Of a stretch of 64,000 nt of DNA, positions 42,279 through 51,363 are shown piece by piece; the stretch's first letter is position 1, and every line of letters starts with the position of its first letter. The stretch comes from a virus (lineage: Duplodnaviria > Caudoviricetes), in the IMG/VR virus record IMGVR_UViG_3300020308_000002, positions 10,576-74,575 of that record; one strand, 5' to 3'. The notes under the pieces are model-generated. The model was given only the letters and a program-made list of their open reading frames with translations, was not told where the DNA came from and did no database searches. A program made the translations under genes and the position numbers.

Positions 42279-42542
42279 ATCCCTACGAGCTTCCCATGAG
42301 GCAGCTCTTCCGCCATATTCACCGCTACCAAGCTTCTCGAATACTTTCTTTTTCTCTGCAGCTTCAGCAGATCTTCTATTCAGAACGCTTAAGCCAGAGC
42401 CTGTATCAATACTTTTTCTTCCTCCTGTACTTCCACCATAAGATTGAGCATTAGCATTAGCAGTTCTTGCTGCCGCTAAATATTTTCTGACCAAACCATC
42501 GGTCTTACGATTTCTATACGGAGCTCCTGAATTGCCTCTCAA
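42267..42542 (-). CDS. Small basic hypothetical protein
   Basis: 91 aa, TTG start. Confidence 0.55.
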   Translation of the reverse strand: MRGNSGAPYRNRKTDGLVRKYLAAARTANANAQSYGGSTGGRKSIDTGSGLSVLNRRSAEAAEKKKVFEKLGSGEYGGRAASWEARRDLGT

Positions 42543-42581
42543 AACTTGTTATGACTTGATTCCTTTTCTATCCTAGGCAAA

Positions 42582-42914
42582 ATGGAATCATTAATGGAGA
42601 AGACACGTTTTGATCTCGTCCCTTGGCAAGCTGTTGGAGACATCGCTGACGTTCTCGGCTACGGCGCTCGAAAGTATAGCTCTAATAATTGGTGTAGGGG
42701 AACTGAGTGGGGGCGTTACTTTGCCGCGCTATGTAGACACCTCTTTGCTTGGTGGAGAGGAGAGAACAATGACCCCGAGACAGGATACTCTCACCTTGCC
42801 CACGCAGGCTGCTGCCTCCTCTTCCTTATGGAATACCAACGAAATGGATGGGGAACCGATGATCGATTCACAGGACCCGATTCAGAAACCTTTACAAAAG
42901 GAGACGGCAGATAA
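42582..42914 (+). CDS. dATP/dGTP diphosphohydrolase domain protein (DUF5664)
   Basis: KTRFDLVP, GARKYSSNNW, RHLFAW, and DPETGYSHLAHA. Confidence 0.85.
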   Translation: MESLMEKTRFDLVPWQAVGDIADVLGYGARKYSSNNWCRGTEWGRYFAALCRHLFAWWRGENNDPETGYSHLAHAGCCLLFLMEYQRNGWGTDDRFTGPDSETFTKGDGR

Positions 42915-43100
42915 TTAATCGTCAGAATCTAACGATTTCACTAAATCAGAGACATCAATCAATGCATCTATCCTTAAAGACATGTCGGCAATATGTTTAG
43001 CAACTATAGGCTCTTCAGTTCTCGCAGCAAAGGCCAAAGTCTCACGTAATCTAGCTTGAGCAGATCTCAGTCCTTCTTCTACTGTTTTAGTTAATTTCAT
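42915..43100 (-). CDS. Small cyanophage-type protein
   Basis: LRETLAFAARTEEP motif. Confidence 0.65.
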   Translation of the reverse strand: MKLTKTVEEGLRSAQARLRETLAFAARTEEPIVAKHIADMSLRIDALIDVSDLVKSLDSDD

Positions 43101-43531
43101 TGTTTTTGTTGCAGTTGTTCAAAATTTTTGAGCATTGCATCTAACTCTTTCATTTTTTCTAAGTTAGCTTGTGCTGCTTTCAATGTAGACGTAGATGGAA
43201 CCCTTGCTTGATCTGGTTGTTTAGAGGGAACCGTAAAAGGGTTGACAGGATCTTTTTGAACAAAACTACCAGCGACTTTTCCATTCATTTCGCTTTGAAC
43301 AGCTTGCATGACTAAAGGAGGAACCTGATTGATTGCAGACTGAACTTCATTACGAGAAATCAAAGTAGGTATGATTCTTTCGACAATATCAACTCTGGTT
43401 ACCAACTCGCTGTATTCGCTGTGTTCATGATAAGCAAGGTCTTCTTTCTTCCCCTTAAGCTTTGAGGTAATTGCACTGCCCGAAAAAATTCCTACTAAAA
43501 CTGCGGCTGCTCCTGCTATTAAAGCTTCCAT
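43097..43531 (-). CDS. N-terminally anchored hypothetical protein
   Basis: 144 aa with an N-terminal TM segment. Confidence 0.7.
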   Translation of the reverse strand: MEALIAGAAAVLVGIFSGSAITSKLKGKKEDLAYHEHSEYSELVTRVDIVERIIPTLISRNEVQSAINQVPPLVMQAVQSEMNGKVAGSFVQKDPVNPFTVPSKQPDQARVPSTSTLKAAQANLEKMKELDAMLKNFEQLQQKQ

Positions 43532-43566
43532 CTAATTAATACTTGTATCAGTAATAGTGTATCGAG

Positions 43567-43908
43567 TTATTCTTCAGATTCAAGGACTATGGCATCCATG
43601 TCTAATTCCATGTTGGCTTCGTCAAAAAGATTTTGCATGATCTCTTCTGCCTCTTCGACGGAAGGAGCATAGCCATTTTCTGCTTCGAACTCGTCACAAG
43701 CAGTGTTTGAAATGATTGCTGTACCTTCGTTTAATTTGAAATTAAATCCAGCTTCTCTTGCACTATCCAGAAAAGCTGCCTTCTGCCTGAACCTCGCCTC
43801 CCAAGAGTCTAGTAATGCCACAATAAGCTCCTCCCTGCTGAAGTTCTGTATCTCTATTGAAATTTTGTTGAGAGTGAACTGTTGTTCGAGGCTCAAATCT
43901 ATCGGCAT
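43567..43908 (-). CDS. nblA: NblA (phycobilisome degradation adaptor) with an acidic C-terminal extension
   Basis: PIDLSLEQQF signature; AGGAGG SD. Confidence 0.8.
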   Translation of the reverse strand: MPIDLSLEQQFTLNKISIEIQNFSREELIVALLDSWEARFRQKAAFLDSAREAGFNFKLNEGTAIISNTACDEFEAENGYAPSVEEAEEIMQNLFDEANMELDMDAIVLESEE

Positions 43909-44275
43909 GTCTTCCTCCTTTTGCTATTAACCATAAGTCTAAATCCTCCGTAAGTCGTGGCTTGATCCATGATTCTATTCGTGAGGCTCTTTGAACACAA
44001 AAGAAACTTTGACTTTTGTACCAAGACTGCCAATCACGATGAGAACCTTTGTTTGCATTGCATGTTCTGCAAGCGGGAACCAAGTTATTTCTCATACTAT
44101 CGCCTCCGTGAACTCGAGGCTTAACATGGTCAATCGTTAGATAAGTAGGCTTGTCACCACAGTAGGCGCAACATCCCCATTCATCTTTGATTGACTGGCG
44201 AAATCTTTTACGCGCTGCTTTCCTTGTCAGTTCGACAAGGCCAAAGACGTAATTTCCCCAGTGCTCTGGTGTCAA
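43763..44275 (-). CDS. HNH endonuclease
   Basis: CAYCG, TIDHVKPRVHGG, and NLVPACRTCNANKG intact. Confidence 0.88.
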   Translation of the reverse strand: MTPEHWGNYVFGLVELTRKAARKRFRQSIKDEWGCCAYCGDKPTYLTIDHVKPRVHGGDSMRNNLVPACRTCNANKGSHRDWQSWYKSQSFFCVQRASRIESWIKPRLTEDLDLWLIAKGGRHADRFEPRTTVHSQQNFNRDTELQQGGAYCGITRLLGGEVQAEGSFSG

Positions 44276-44376
44276 TAGGAATATTCAGTTACATTTAGAT
44301 TAAGAAAAATTCAAGTTGATTTTTTTGTATTCACTACTGAAAATCATCTAAGATTAGAAATGGCACCTATTTTCCC

Positions 44377-44643
44377 ATGAAAAATCCTTTTCACATCCTT
44401 GGCGTATTAGGCTTTCTTATGTCAGGTGGCATGCTTCTTTCTGCTGGAATAGTCAGTTTCTATCTAAGCACTCCAAAAGGAAAAGAAGCAGCACAACAAA
44501 GATTAATTAAACAAGTTGGACCGATTATCCAATCTCAAATCAAGAATGCACTACCTGGTATCGGTGGTAGTCCTTCTAATGGCACTAGCAGTCTTTTATC
44601 TATTCCTAGTACCACTGGGCCAGTTATGCCAGTTAACAAGTAA
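44377..44643 (+). CDS. Cyanophage-type small membrane protein
   Basis: N-terminal TM segment, Pro/Ser tail. Confidence 0.7.
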   Translation: MKNPFHILGVLGFLMSGGMLLSAGIVSFYLSTPKGKEAAQQRLIKQVGPIIQSQIKNALPGIGGSPSNGTSSLLSIPSTTGPVMPVNK

Positions 44644-44648
44644 GATCA

Positions 44649-45443
44649 GTGGGTTCCATCCCTCGGATAGGAGTACGGGAGATATACGTCCCGCAAATTC
44701 CGACATGGGCAATTGACTTACCTCTTAGTATTCCTCAAGCTCCTCCTGTCACGCTACAGATAGGATTCCCAACCGTTGAGATGCCAGGTTGTGTTGAAGC
44801 AAGAGAGACTCAAGGTAATAATAAGCTGGCAGAAGAAGACCCTCAAGGCAATCTAACGCTTTGTACTGGGCCAGGGATGCCCTATTTCAATCCTCCTGAA
44901 TTCGACCCTAGTAAAGAGTTAGTCGTTATTCCAATGGAGAGTCAGGTCAATCTTGGAGCAGTGAGTGGACTAGGAAATAATTCTAAAACTAATGAACAAT
45001 CTTCAGAGGGAACGCCTCAAGACACTAATATTCCTGATCTTAACCTTGACGGTGTTTCACCTACTCTCCCTAATTTGCCATGTCCTAGACCAGGAAGTCC
45101 ACCCCCCGGAGCTTATGGAAAATACGGCACGAAGCGAGTTACTGGATATGAAAAAACTTCTAATGGCGAATGTATCACGTTATATGAAGATATAGCTCTA
45201 TTGAATGTAATAAATAACTACACTCCTCCTCCTGCGACTGTTTTAAATACTACTTCGATAGCTGTAGGCGCAACTCTAGGGGTGGCCCTAGTGGGCCAAC
45301 CTCTCCAGCAGTACTTAATGAAGATTGTGAAGCCTCTGACGAAGAAAGTGACGAAGTTGATCCTGAAGAAGATTCTGAAGAAGCCTGAGAAGATTCTGTC
45401 GGTTCGAGAACGGATGATTGATCAGAGGAAGAATCGAAAGTAA
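44649..45443 (+). CDS. Cyanophage-type Pro-rich membrane-anchored protein
   Basis: IPRIGVREIYVPQIP..PPVTLQIGFPTVEMPGC; C-terminal TM plus basic tail; GTG start. Confidence 0.7.
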   Translation: MGSIPRIGVREIYVPQIPTWAIDLPLSIPQAPPVTLQIGFPTVEMPGCVEARETQGNNKLAEEDPQGNLTLCTGPGMPYFNPPEFDPSKELVVIPMESQVNLGAVSGLGNNSKTNEQSSEGTPQDTNIPDLNLDGVSPTLPNLPCPRPGSPPPGAYGKYGTKRVTGYEKTSNGECITLYEDIALLNVINNYTPPPATVLNTTSIAVGATLGVALVGQPLQQYLMKIVKPLTKKVTKLILKKILKKPEKILSVRERMIDQRKNRK

Positions 45444-46095
45444 TAGGTGGTATTGAATGACTGTGATTTAATAACACCCCAGGAGGCGAAGTTAATAAAA
45501 CGTCCTCACATATAACTTTGTATTTGCTGGTTGGATCCCACACTATGCCCTCCTTCGCTAAGGTTCCACAATGCTTCAATCTTGAAATCTCATAGTCAAG
45601 CACCCTTAAGTTTAACTGTGCCTTCCTGAGAGCTATTTCAGTGGCAGCAGCATCCTTACAAAGAGCCATCATCTGCTTATCCAGTGGTCGACTCCATTGA
45701 GCCGTTACACCGAGATTGAGGGAGTAGTTATCCTTCTGCAAGGTTTGTACTGTCTTGTACCAAAGAATATCGCCAGGGTTGTCTGGAGCTCCGTCACCAT
45801 CAATATCTCGAACGTCGTATACTGGATCCTCGTATGTTTCAAAAAATGGTTTTTTAATATTTGCCGAACGCCCAACATAAGGAGATATTGTTAACGTTTC
45901 TGATTGACAAACCACACCATTAGTAAATGCTGACTGCATAAAATTTCCTGTCAGGACTTGGTATGCATTCACATTTGCTTGACCGGAAGAGTTAGCCACC
46001 GGATTAGACGTAGCCGATATCCCTCCTACATCACTCGCCTTGACGACAGGACAAAAAGGGATTAGCATTAATATGCTAAGAACCCTTGGTATCAC
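45250..46095 (-). CDS. Cyanophage-type secreted/outer-membrane-like protein
   Basis: GTG 46095 overlaps the upstream TGA; signal-like N-terminus; tail overlaps the convergent gene. Confidence 0.65.
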   Translation of the reverse strand: MIPRVLSILMLIPFCPVVKASDVGGISATSNPVANSSGQANVNAYQVLTGNFMQSAFTNGVVCQSETLTISPYVGRSANIKKPFFETYEDPVYDVRDIDGDGAPDNPGDILWYKTVQTLQKDNYSLNLGVTAQWSRPLDKQMMALCKDAAATEIALRKAQLNLRVLDYEISRLKHCGTLAKEGIVWDPTSKYKVICEDVLLTSPPGVLLNHSHSIPPITFDSSSDQSSVLEPTESSQASSESSSGSTSSLSSSEASQSSLSTAGEVGPLGPPLELRLQLSK

Positions 46096-46580
46096 TGAGA
46101 AAACACGGAAACCGATTCTATCGTTGTGTCCGTCTCTATGGTTCTCGTTATGGTTGTGCGATTCTGGAGTCCGGGTCCGGAATAACTGGATTGAAATTGG
46201 AATGCGGCTCCCGGTTGAGTCAGCGTCCAGTTCGGTTTGTTTTGAACGTCCAGACCTGTCCATTTAGTCGTAATGCCTGACGCAGCAGTTGTATTTGTAT
46301 TGATTATGGCAGATGGCTCAATAGATGCACCATTTAAAGAAATACCTGTGCCACTTACCGTATACTGCCAACCGGTGGCGAAATCCTCTGACACTATCGC
46401 CTCAGATATCACAGATCGCGACGTTGTCGTTTGGGTGAGCTGACCGGACGAAAAATTTGGTACTACCGGAACCGCACCTGCAGGTATGGCAAAGACACCC
46501 GCCGCAATTACGACATACTTTAATTTCGATATGGCGCCAACAATCGGGGCAGCCAGTCTCTCGGATGCATGAGTAGACAT
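46092..46580 (-). CDS. Cyanophage-type secreted beta-rich protein
   Basis: Signal-like segment then VPVVPNFSSG. Confidence 0.7.
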   Translation of the reverse strand: MSTHASERLAAPIVGAISKLKYVVIAAGVFAIPAGAVPVVPNFSSGQLTQTTTSRSVISEAIVSEDFATGWQYTVSGTGISLNGASIEPSAIINTNTTAASGITTKWTGLDVQNKPNWTLTQPGAAFQFQSSYSGPGLQNRTTITRTIETDTTIESVSVFSQ

Positions 46581-46587
46581 ATGACAT

Positions 46588-47118
46588 CTACTTCACGTTA
46601 AGAGTAGATATAAATTGTCCAATCGCCGTAGTACCCGCGCCGCCGGCAGTTAACGACGTAATTGTTCCACCAGCTAAACTCGATACTCCACCAGCCAAGG
46701 TGCCTTTAGTACCTCCGGCAAACGTGGTGGTGCTTCCGAAAGCCGGAATGGACTGTACCTGACCGGTGGTTGTCGACACAGTTGAACCGGCGTTTATTGC
46801 AGGTATGGCGTCTCCCTGGAGCCAACTTTCAGAAAAACTGAACTGATTTCCGGTGGTATTAATATCGTACGTACCAGCCTTCATTGTCGATGCCGCAGTA
46901 GCTGAGCCGGCTGTTAAGCCTCCAAATACATCGCTATTACCAGCTCCAACTTTAATATTTGTACCGCTTACTGCGTAAGTTGAACCCAACCTAGTTGCAA
47001 CTGAGCTAGCACCATCCACGGTGAGCTGCACCGAAGAACTCAGGCTATGAGTGATATCTGCCATCGCAGGTGCTGCAACCGATGCAAGTAACAGCGCTGG
47101 TAAAACTATGCGCTTCAT
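46588..47118 (-). CDS. Cyanophage-type secreted beta-rich protein
   Basis: Signal peptide ...APAMA/DITH; GGAG upstream. Confidence 0.75.
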   Translation of the reverse strand: MKRIVLPALLLASVAAPAMADITHSLSSSVQLTVDGASSVATRLGSTYAVSGTNIKVGAGNSDVFGGLTAGSATAASTMKAGTYDINTTGNQFSFSESWLQGDAIPAINAGSTVSTTTGQVQSIPAFGSTTTFAGGTKGTLAGGVSSLAGGTITSLTAGGAGTTAIGQFISTLNVK

Positions 47119-47154
47119 GGAAGGGATTCGAATGTCTCCTTCTATAGTAGGTAA

Positions 47155-47292
47155 TTATTTTTGCTTACAGATTTGCTTCGCCTGCCAATGTTGCAGACGA
47201 TACTGTTGTCTAAGAATCTCTTGGCAATGCTCGCAAGAGCACTCATTTTGATGCTGATAATTACTTCCTACTCTTTGGTCCTGTGTGTCCAT
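47155..47292 (-). CDS. Small CxCxxC peptide (MDTQDQRVGSNYQHQNECSCEHC..., 45 aa)
   Basis: Translated by hand; fills the gap between genes. Confidence 0.4.
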   Translation of the reverse strand: MDTQDQRVGSNYQHQNECSCEHCQEILRQQYRLQHWQAKQICKQK

Positions 47293-47524
47293 GAGCAATA
47301 CCTAGTTCGTGCATCTTGGAATGTTCATCAATAGTATCTCTTAACTCTTTCTTTCCTGCTCCCAATGTGAAGTAAAGCCCATATGCGACCAAAGATAAAA
47401 CTATTAATCCGAAAAATAATATAAAACCTTGGTCAGGAGTTAAATGAAAATGAGGAATCATAGGCTGTTTTTCCCATGTTCCAGGCAAGGAATAAACAGA
47501 AGGTATAGAGAGTAAAAGCGTCAT
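47261..47524 (-). CDS. psbN: PsbN-like protein
   Basis: TM helix then YGLYFTLGAGKKELRDTIDEH ~ PsbN Y..FGppsk.LrDPfeEH; alternative start at 47461. Confidence 0.6.
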   Translation of the reverse strand: MTLLLSIPSVYSLPGTWEKQPMIPHFHLTPDQGFILFFGLIVLSLVAYGLYFTLGAGKKELRDTIDEHSKMHELGIAHGHTGPKSRK

Positions 47525-47733
47525 AAATAAGCCTTAGAGATGTTAGTTGCAAACCCTATAAGAGTAACGCCAGCGGCTAATACTGCTGCGGCACCTATGA
47601 CCCATTTTTCTACAGCCTTAAGCCGTTCACGTAACTCATCCTGCTTCTCTTCCAGTCTTTCGATCTTTAGAGCTTGTACTGTCAGACGAGTCTCTTGAGA
47701 CGCATCAACATGTGAATGGTTTTCGCAGGTCAT
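47521..47733 (-). CDS. Coiled-coil plus C-terminal TM protein (hemolysin XhlA-like layout)
   Basis: IERLEEKQDELRERLKAVEKWVIGAAAVL. Confidence 0.65.
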   Translation of the reverse strand: MTCENHSHVDASQETRLTVQALKIERLEEKQDELRERLKAVEKWVIGAAAVLAAGVTLIGFATNISKAYL

Positions 47734-48170
47734 GATTTTTTAGAAGAATTAACAACATCTGCACCTAAGATTTTAATCGGAGTTTCTACACGAATTGTCT
47801 GGAAACCACCCCCTGTATTCATTAAGGCCAACATCTCCTTTTTACTTAGAGGCTTATCATCGCCACTAGCGTCATAAGTTCCATCACCTTTCTTCTTAGC
47901 ACTCTTATCCAGGCCAAAACTTGCAAGCGAAGAAGCCAGGAGCGACGCCGGAAAAGTTATATCCTGCTTTTCCCCTGACGTCAACCCAGGAATCTCTGGC
48001 AAATAATTTAAGGTCACTAGTGCCCCGGACCAAGCAACTACTACCAGTCTCACTAGGACTGAGATGTACTCAAACTGTTCGTCTTTATCGTCTACCTTCT
48101 CCTTGATCTTTTGAAAAATGCTCTTCTTCTCTTCCGCTTTTGGAGCTTCCTTATCTGCCGTAGTAGCCAT
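47730..48170 (-). CDS. Two-TM membrane protein (holin-like layout)
   Basis: LVRLVVVAWSGALVTLNY and FPASLLASSLASFG. Confidence 0.65.
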   Translation of the reverse strand: MATTADKEAPKAEEKKSIFQKIKEKVDDKDEQFEYISVLVRLVVVAWSGALVTLNYLPEIPGLTSGEKQDITFPASLLASSLASFGLDKSAKKKGDGTYDASGDDKPLSKKEMLALMNTGGGFQTIRVETPIKILGADVVNSSKKS

Positions 48171-48204
48171 TTCATTTTTCTAATCTACATTAATAGTAGA
48201 CGTT

Positions 48205-48378
48205 TTAAGTTGGGTAGTACGCAGGGACTAATGTACCTCTATCGTCATCGTCGTCATCGTCGTCCTTGAAAGGTAATTCACCCAGCATAAGAATGCTAAC
48301 GATGAATACAGATATAACAGGTAGAAATGGAAATAGAAAAGCTAATTGAAGTGTTGACGGGTCAGCTAGTTCGTTCAT
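48205..48378 (-). CDS. Small TM protein with a poly-Asp tail
   Basis: 57 aa from MNELADPS. Confidence 0.6.
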   Translation of the reverse strand: MNELADPSTLQLAFLFPFLPVISVFIVSILMLGELPFKDDDDDDDDRGTLVPAYYPT

Positions 48379-48526
48379 GAAGTTTGTTTTGTGCTTTGAG
48401 AGCTTTTTTAAGGATCTTGCGTGCTTGGTCACGAGTCACGCACTTCTCCGCCTTTTTATTAAGACGTAAAAGTTTTTGATGTTGTTTCTTAATGTTAGGC
48501 TTTTCTGTTTTCGTACTGATTCGCAT
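48362..48526 (-). CDS. Small basic protein
   Basis: MRISTKTEKP...; Lys-rich. Confidence 0.5.
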   Translation of the reverse strand: MRISTKTEKPNIKKQHQKLLRLNKKAEKCVTRDQARKILKKALKAQNKLHERTS

Positions 48527-49415
48527 TAACCAAACCTCCTGCACCATAAAGTCCTAATAAGGCTCCTAACGTACCACCTCCATATAAAGCAGCTTTTCTA
48601 TAACGACCCATTACTGGAGGTCTCATTTGCTTAGCCTTATCTAGAGCCTGAGCTATATCATCAGCTTTAGCCATTGTTACAGATGGATCCGCAACTCCAG
48701 GAGCATTAGCAATGCTTCTCTTCATTAATTCAGCTTCCTGTTCAGGAGTCATTGCTCTTCGCTGAGCATAAATTTGAGCCTCTTCAGCTTGTGAAGCCTG
48801 CTGAACTTCTGCTAAAGCTGCAAGTTGTTCAGGGCTTAACTTGTAAACACTATCTGGTGCTGCTCCAAGATCTCCTTGTAACTCTTTAATAACCGAATTG
48901 TAGACTTCACCTTGCAAAGTTTGTGGACTTATGTTTCTTTCTTTTAATCTTTCTTTTCTAAGACCTTCTTGCATTCGATATGATTCACTTCTATCTCTTG
49001 TCCTACCTGGATTCACATAATCTTCGTCAGGAGGAGTAGCAGTAGGAGTTACGTTTGTTGACTCAGGAGCATTCAAAGTAGAAGCTGGTGGCTTATTGAC
49101 TAAAGCGTCAGCATCATATCCTTGCTGAGTTAACCTTTGTCTGATTTCTCCTTCTCCTACGTTGTCAATAGCTGCTTGAACAAAGGCTTCTTCTCCTTGA
49201 GTAGAGAGCAACACATTTCGAACAACACTTTTAGCCGCTCCATCACCTGCTTTAGCGAGGATAACAATATCATTAAAAGCTCTTTTAGCAGCTTCGTCTC
49301 CTGCTATTAATCCAACTTTCAGCAAGCCTAAAGAACCAGCTAGCCCTTTACGACCAGACATTGCCCAGTCGTCGGCAGCTTTTAATACTCGATCAATACC
49401 GCTGTTCGGATCCAT
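48495..49415 (-). CDS. Hypothetical protein with a C-terminal Gly-rich TM segment (probable virion protein)
   Basis: 306 aa, TAATG coupling. Confidence 0.75.
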   Translation of the reverse strand: MDPNSGIDRVLKAADDWAMSGRKGLAGSLGLLKVGLIAGDEAAKRAFNDIVILAKAGDGAAKSVVRNVLLSTQGEEAFVQAAIDNVGEGEIRQRLTQQGYDADALVNKPPASTLNAPESTNVTPTATPPDEDYVNPGRTRDRSESYRMQEGLRKERLKERNISPQTLQGEVYNSVIKELQGDLGAAPDSVYKLSPEQLAALAEVQQASQAEEAQIYAQRRAMTPEQEAELMKRSIANAPGVADPSVTMAKADDIAQALDKAKQMRPPVMGRYRKAALYGGGTLGALLGLYGAGGLVNANQYENRKA

Positions 49416-49906
49416 TAGTAGTTATTGTATTGATATCCTGGAGCCACATTAGGGAGCATGATCTCAGGCAAGGGTGTTCTAGGAGCCATTCCTCGTGCCT
49501 CTCCCATTTGAGCACCTAATTGAGCTTCGTAAGGTATTACTGGGATTCTTTGTATTGCTGGATTCAATATTCCGTCTACTGCCTCTGCTGCGTCTAATTC
49601 GTCCTGAATAGCTTTTAATTCTGATCCTGAAGGACCGCCAAAGCCAACACCAAAGGGCTCACCACTTGCTTCTCTTGCATTCGTTAATCCTTCGGTCGTA
49701 ACATTACCTTCTGGCGTTAAATTTGGATTATTATGATGAGCTAAAAGCTGAATACCTTGATCATCCTCCAAGGCTGTACCTCCCAATATACCTTCTACAT
49801 CCTCTGCAAAAGCATTAGGATCACCAGTAAGTTTGCTTGACAACCAAGCCGCTAAAGCCCGTTGATCTTCCTCCGTATTACCGAAGCCTCCTGCAGCTAA
49901 TCTCAA
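49415..49906 (-). CDS. Hypothetical protein
   Basis: 163 aa, TTG start. Confidence 0.65.
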   Translation of the reverse strand: MRLAAGGFGNTEEDQRALAAWLSSKLTGDPNAFAEDVEGILGGTALEDDQGIQLLAHHNNPNLTPEGNVTTEGLTNAREASGEPFGVGFGGPSGSELKAIQDELDAAEAVDGILNPAIQRIPVIPYEAQLGAQMGEARGMAPRTPLPEIMLPNVAPGYQYNNY

Positions 49907-49965
49907 GGGTCTAACAGATTACGTTCATTCCCTATTGTAGTAGGTATTATGACATCACTCGTCTA

Positions 49966-50682
49966 CTATCGAGGTACAAACAGATTATCAGTAAAGTAAT
50001 ATCCTTTCTTATCTTTCAGGCTATCTGGTGTTTGATACACAGTATCCAAAGGTAAATAATTAAACCAACCAGTTGCAATATATTTTGTTTCAGTAGGACT
50101 AACGATTCCACGATGTGTATAAGTCCAATCCACAGGCCATATAACAGTCAAACCTTTTTGTGCTTTCAGTTTTAATTTTTGATGATCCCATTCCGTTCCT
50201 CCTCCGTCGTGAACATCATTTAAATAGGTCATCCATGTTAAGTGACGAGCTATAGTTGTTGCATTCATCGAAGATCTTTCTGTATGCCACCTAAAAAATG
50301 CTTCGTTAGGTTTGTACTTTTGAATATTAAATACTTCATATAACGCATTTCCCCATGCCTGATGAGCTAATTCGCAATTAGGAAATTTTTTACAATAATC
50401 GTCTAAAACTTTATTTAATTCTGTATTAAACTTTTTAATTCTTTCATCCTTCATTAAATATGGCACTCCTAAATCAGTAGATTTTTTACCTTTTTCATCT
50501 AGTTGATTGTTATTAGAACCAGCCAATCTCCCTTCTCTTTTTAAACAAATCCAATATCTTCCATCCTCGTGAGGAATATTGTGCGTACCCATAGGGGTTT
50601 CTTCAAAATATTCAATCAATCCATCGCAAATATCTGGATCTATTTTTCTCCCATACAAAAATTCATGGTGAGTAAATTCCAT
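49966..50682 (-). CDS. 2OG-Fe(II) oxygenase
   Basis: IQKY..., WHTE, MTYLNDVHDGGGTEW, and THRG; start MEFTHH. Confidence 0.9.
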   Translation of the reverse strand: MEFTHHEFLYGRKIDPDICDGLIEYFEETPMGTHNIPHEDGRYWICLKREGRLAGSNNNQLDEKGKKSTDLGVPYLMKDERIKKFNTELNKVLDDYCKKFPNCELAHQAWGNALYEVFNIQKYKPNEAFFRWHTERSSMNATTIARHLTWMTYLNDVHDGGGTEWDHQKLKLKAQKGLTVIWPVDWTYTHRGIVSPTETKYIATGWFNYLPLDTVYQTPDSLKDKKGYYFTDNLFVPR

Positions 50683-50686
50683 ATAA

Positions 50687-50721
50687 AAACCGCCCATACT
50701 TAGTACAGTATGAACGGTTTT
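50687..50721. terminator. Bidirectional terminator-like hairpin
   Basis: AAAACCG..CATACT-TAGTAC-AGTATG..CGGTTTT. Confidence 0.5.
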
Positions 50722-50742
50722 CAGTGAAAATCTATTAACTAA

Positions 50743-50931
50743 TTAACAGTTACATAGATTAGGATGTTCTCCAGTAGCACAATAATCCTCATGGAAAGAC
50801 GTATTTTCACAAGTACGTTCTTCAGGTACACCTGGTCCCATGGTAAATCCTTTCGGTAAGGAGATGCCACCATGATTAGTACATCCCACTAGCAATACCG
50901 CAAGCAGTAGTTTAGAAGCTGTACTTAACAC
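50743..50931 (-). CDS. Small lipoprotein-like protein
   Basis: LLLAVLLVGC lipobox; Cys-rich tail. Confidence 0.55.
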   Translation of the reverse strand: MLSTASKLLLAVLLVGCTNHGGISLPKGFTMGPGVPEERTCENTSFHEDYCATGEHPNLCNC

Positions 50932-51283
50932 CTAGCTTTCCACCAGAACCAAAGTTTTCTTCTTCTTCGCCTGTGAGGAAAGATACTTCACCGTAGATAT
51001 CTGTAGAGTCAGATACTGCAATACTTCCACCAGCTTTTCCTGAAAGACGAGTTTCAGTGTCTGCATCTTTAACAGCTACGAATGCTGGACCACCTTGTAC
51101 GTAGTAAGAAACCTTACCAGTATCATTAGCACCTGCATAACCTATATGAAGGTCTGTTGTAGCGTTTGTATATTTTTTATCTGTCCAACTTGCGTTAGTT
51201 TCAGCGTTAATATAAGGACCAGCAAGGGTAGCAGGAGCAGCAATTAAAGTTAAAGCAGCAGCGCTATAAAAAGTCTTTAGCAC
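50912..51283 (-). CDS. Small outer-membrane beta-barrel-like protein of the picocyanobacterial/cyanophage type
   Basis: Signal peptide, AGPYINAE, TDLHIGY, YVQGGP, SGKAG, YGEVSF, and C-terminal KLGVKYSF. Confidence 0.8.
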   Translation of the reverse strand: MLKTFYSAAALTLIAAPATLAGPYINAETNASWTDKKYTNATTDLHIGYAGANDTGKVSYYVQGGPAFVAVKDADTETRLSGKAGGSIAVSDSTDIYGEVSFLTGEEEENFGSGGKLGVKYSF

Positions 51284-51363
51284 GAAATAAGTTTTTGTAA
51301 TAACATTTCTTATTTTATATATAAAATGTAATGTTTTAAGACCCTTGTGCCAGTACGTTAGCC

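Noticed and set aside
14948-48526. Alternative genetic code as the cause of the many gene overlaps
   Set aside because: TAA, TAG and TGA all terminate well-supported genes, long genes are not fragmented under the standard code, and no common codon marks the overlap junctions
51284-51345. HLR1 or Pho box upstream of the outer-membrane-protein gene
   Set aside because: Only isolated TTACA half-sites in very AT-rich DNA; the spacing does not fit either consensus
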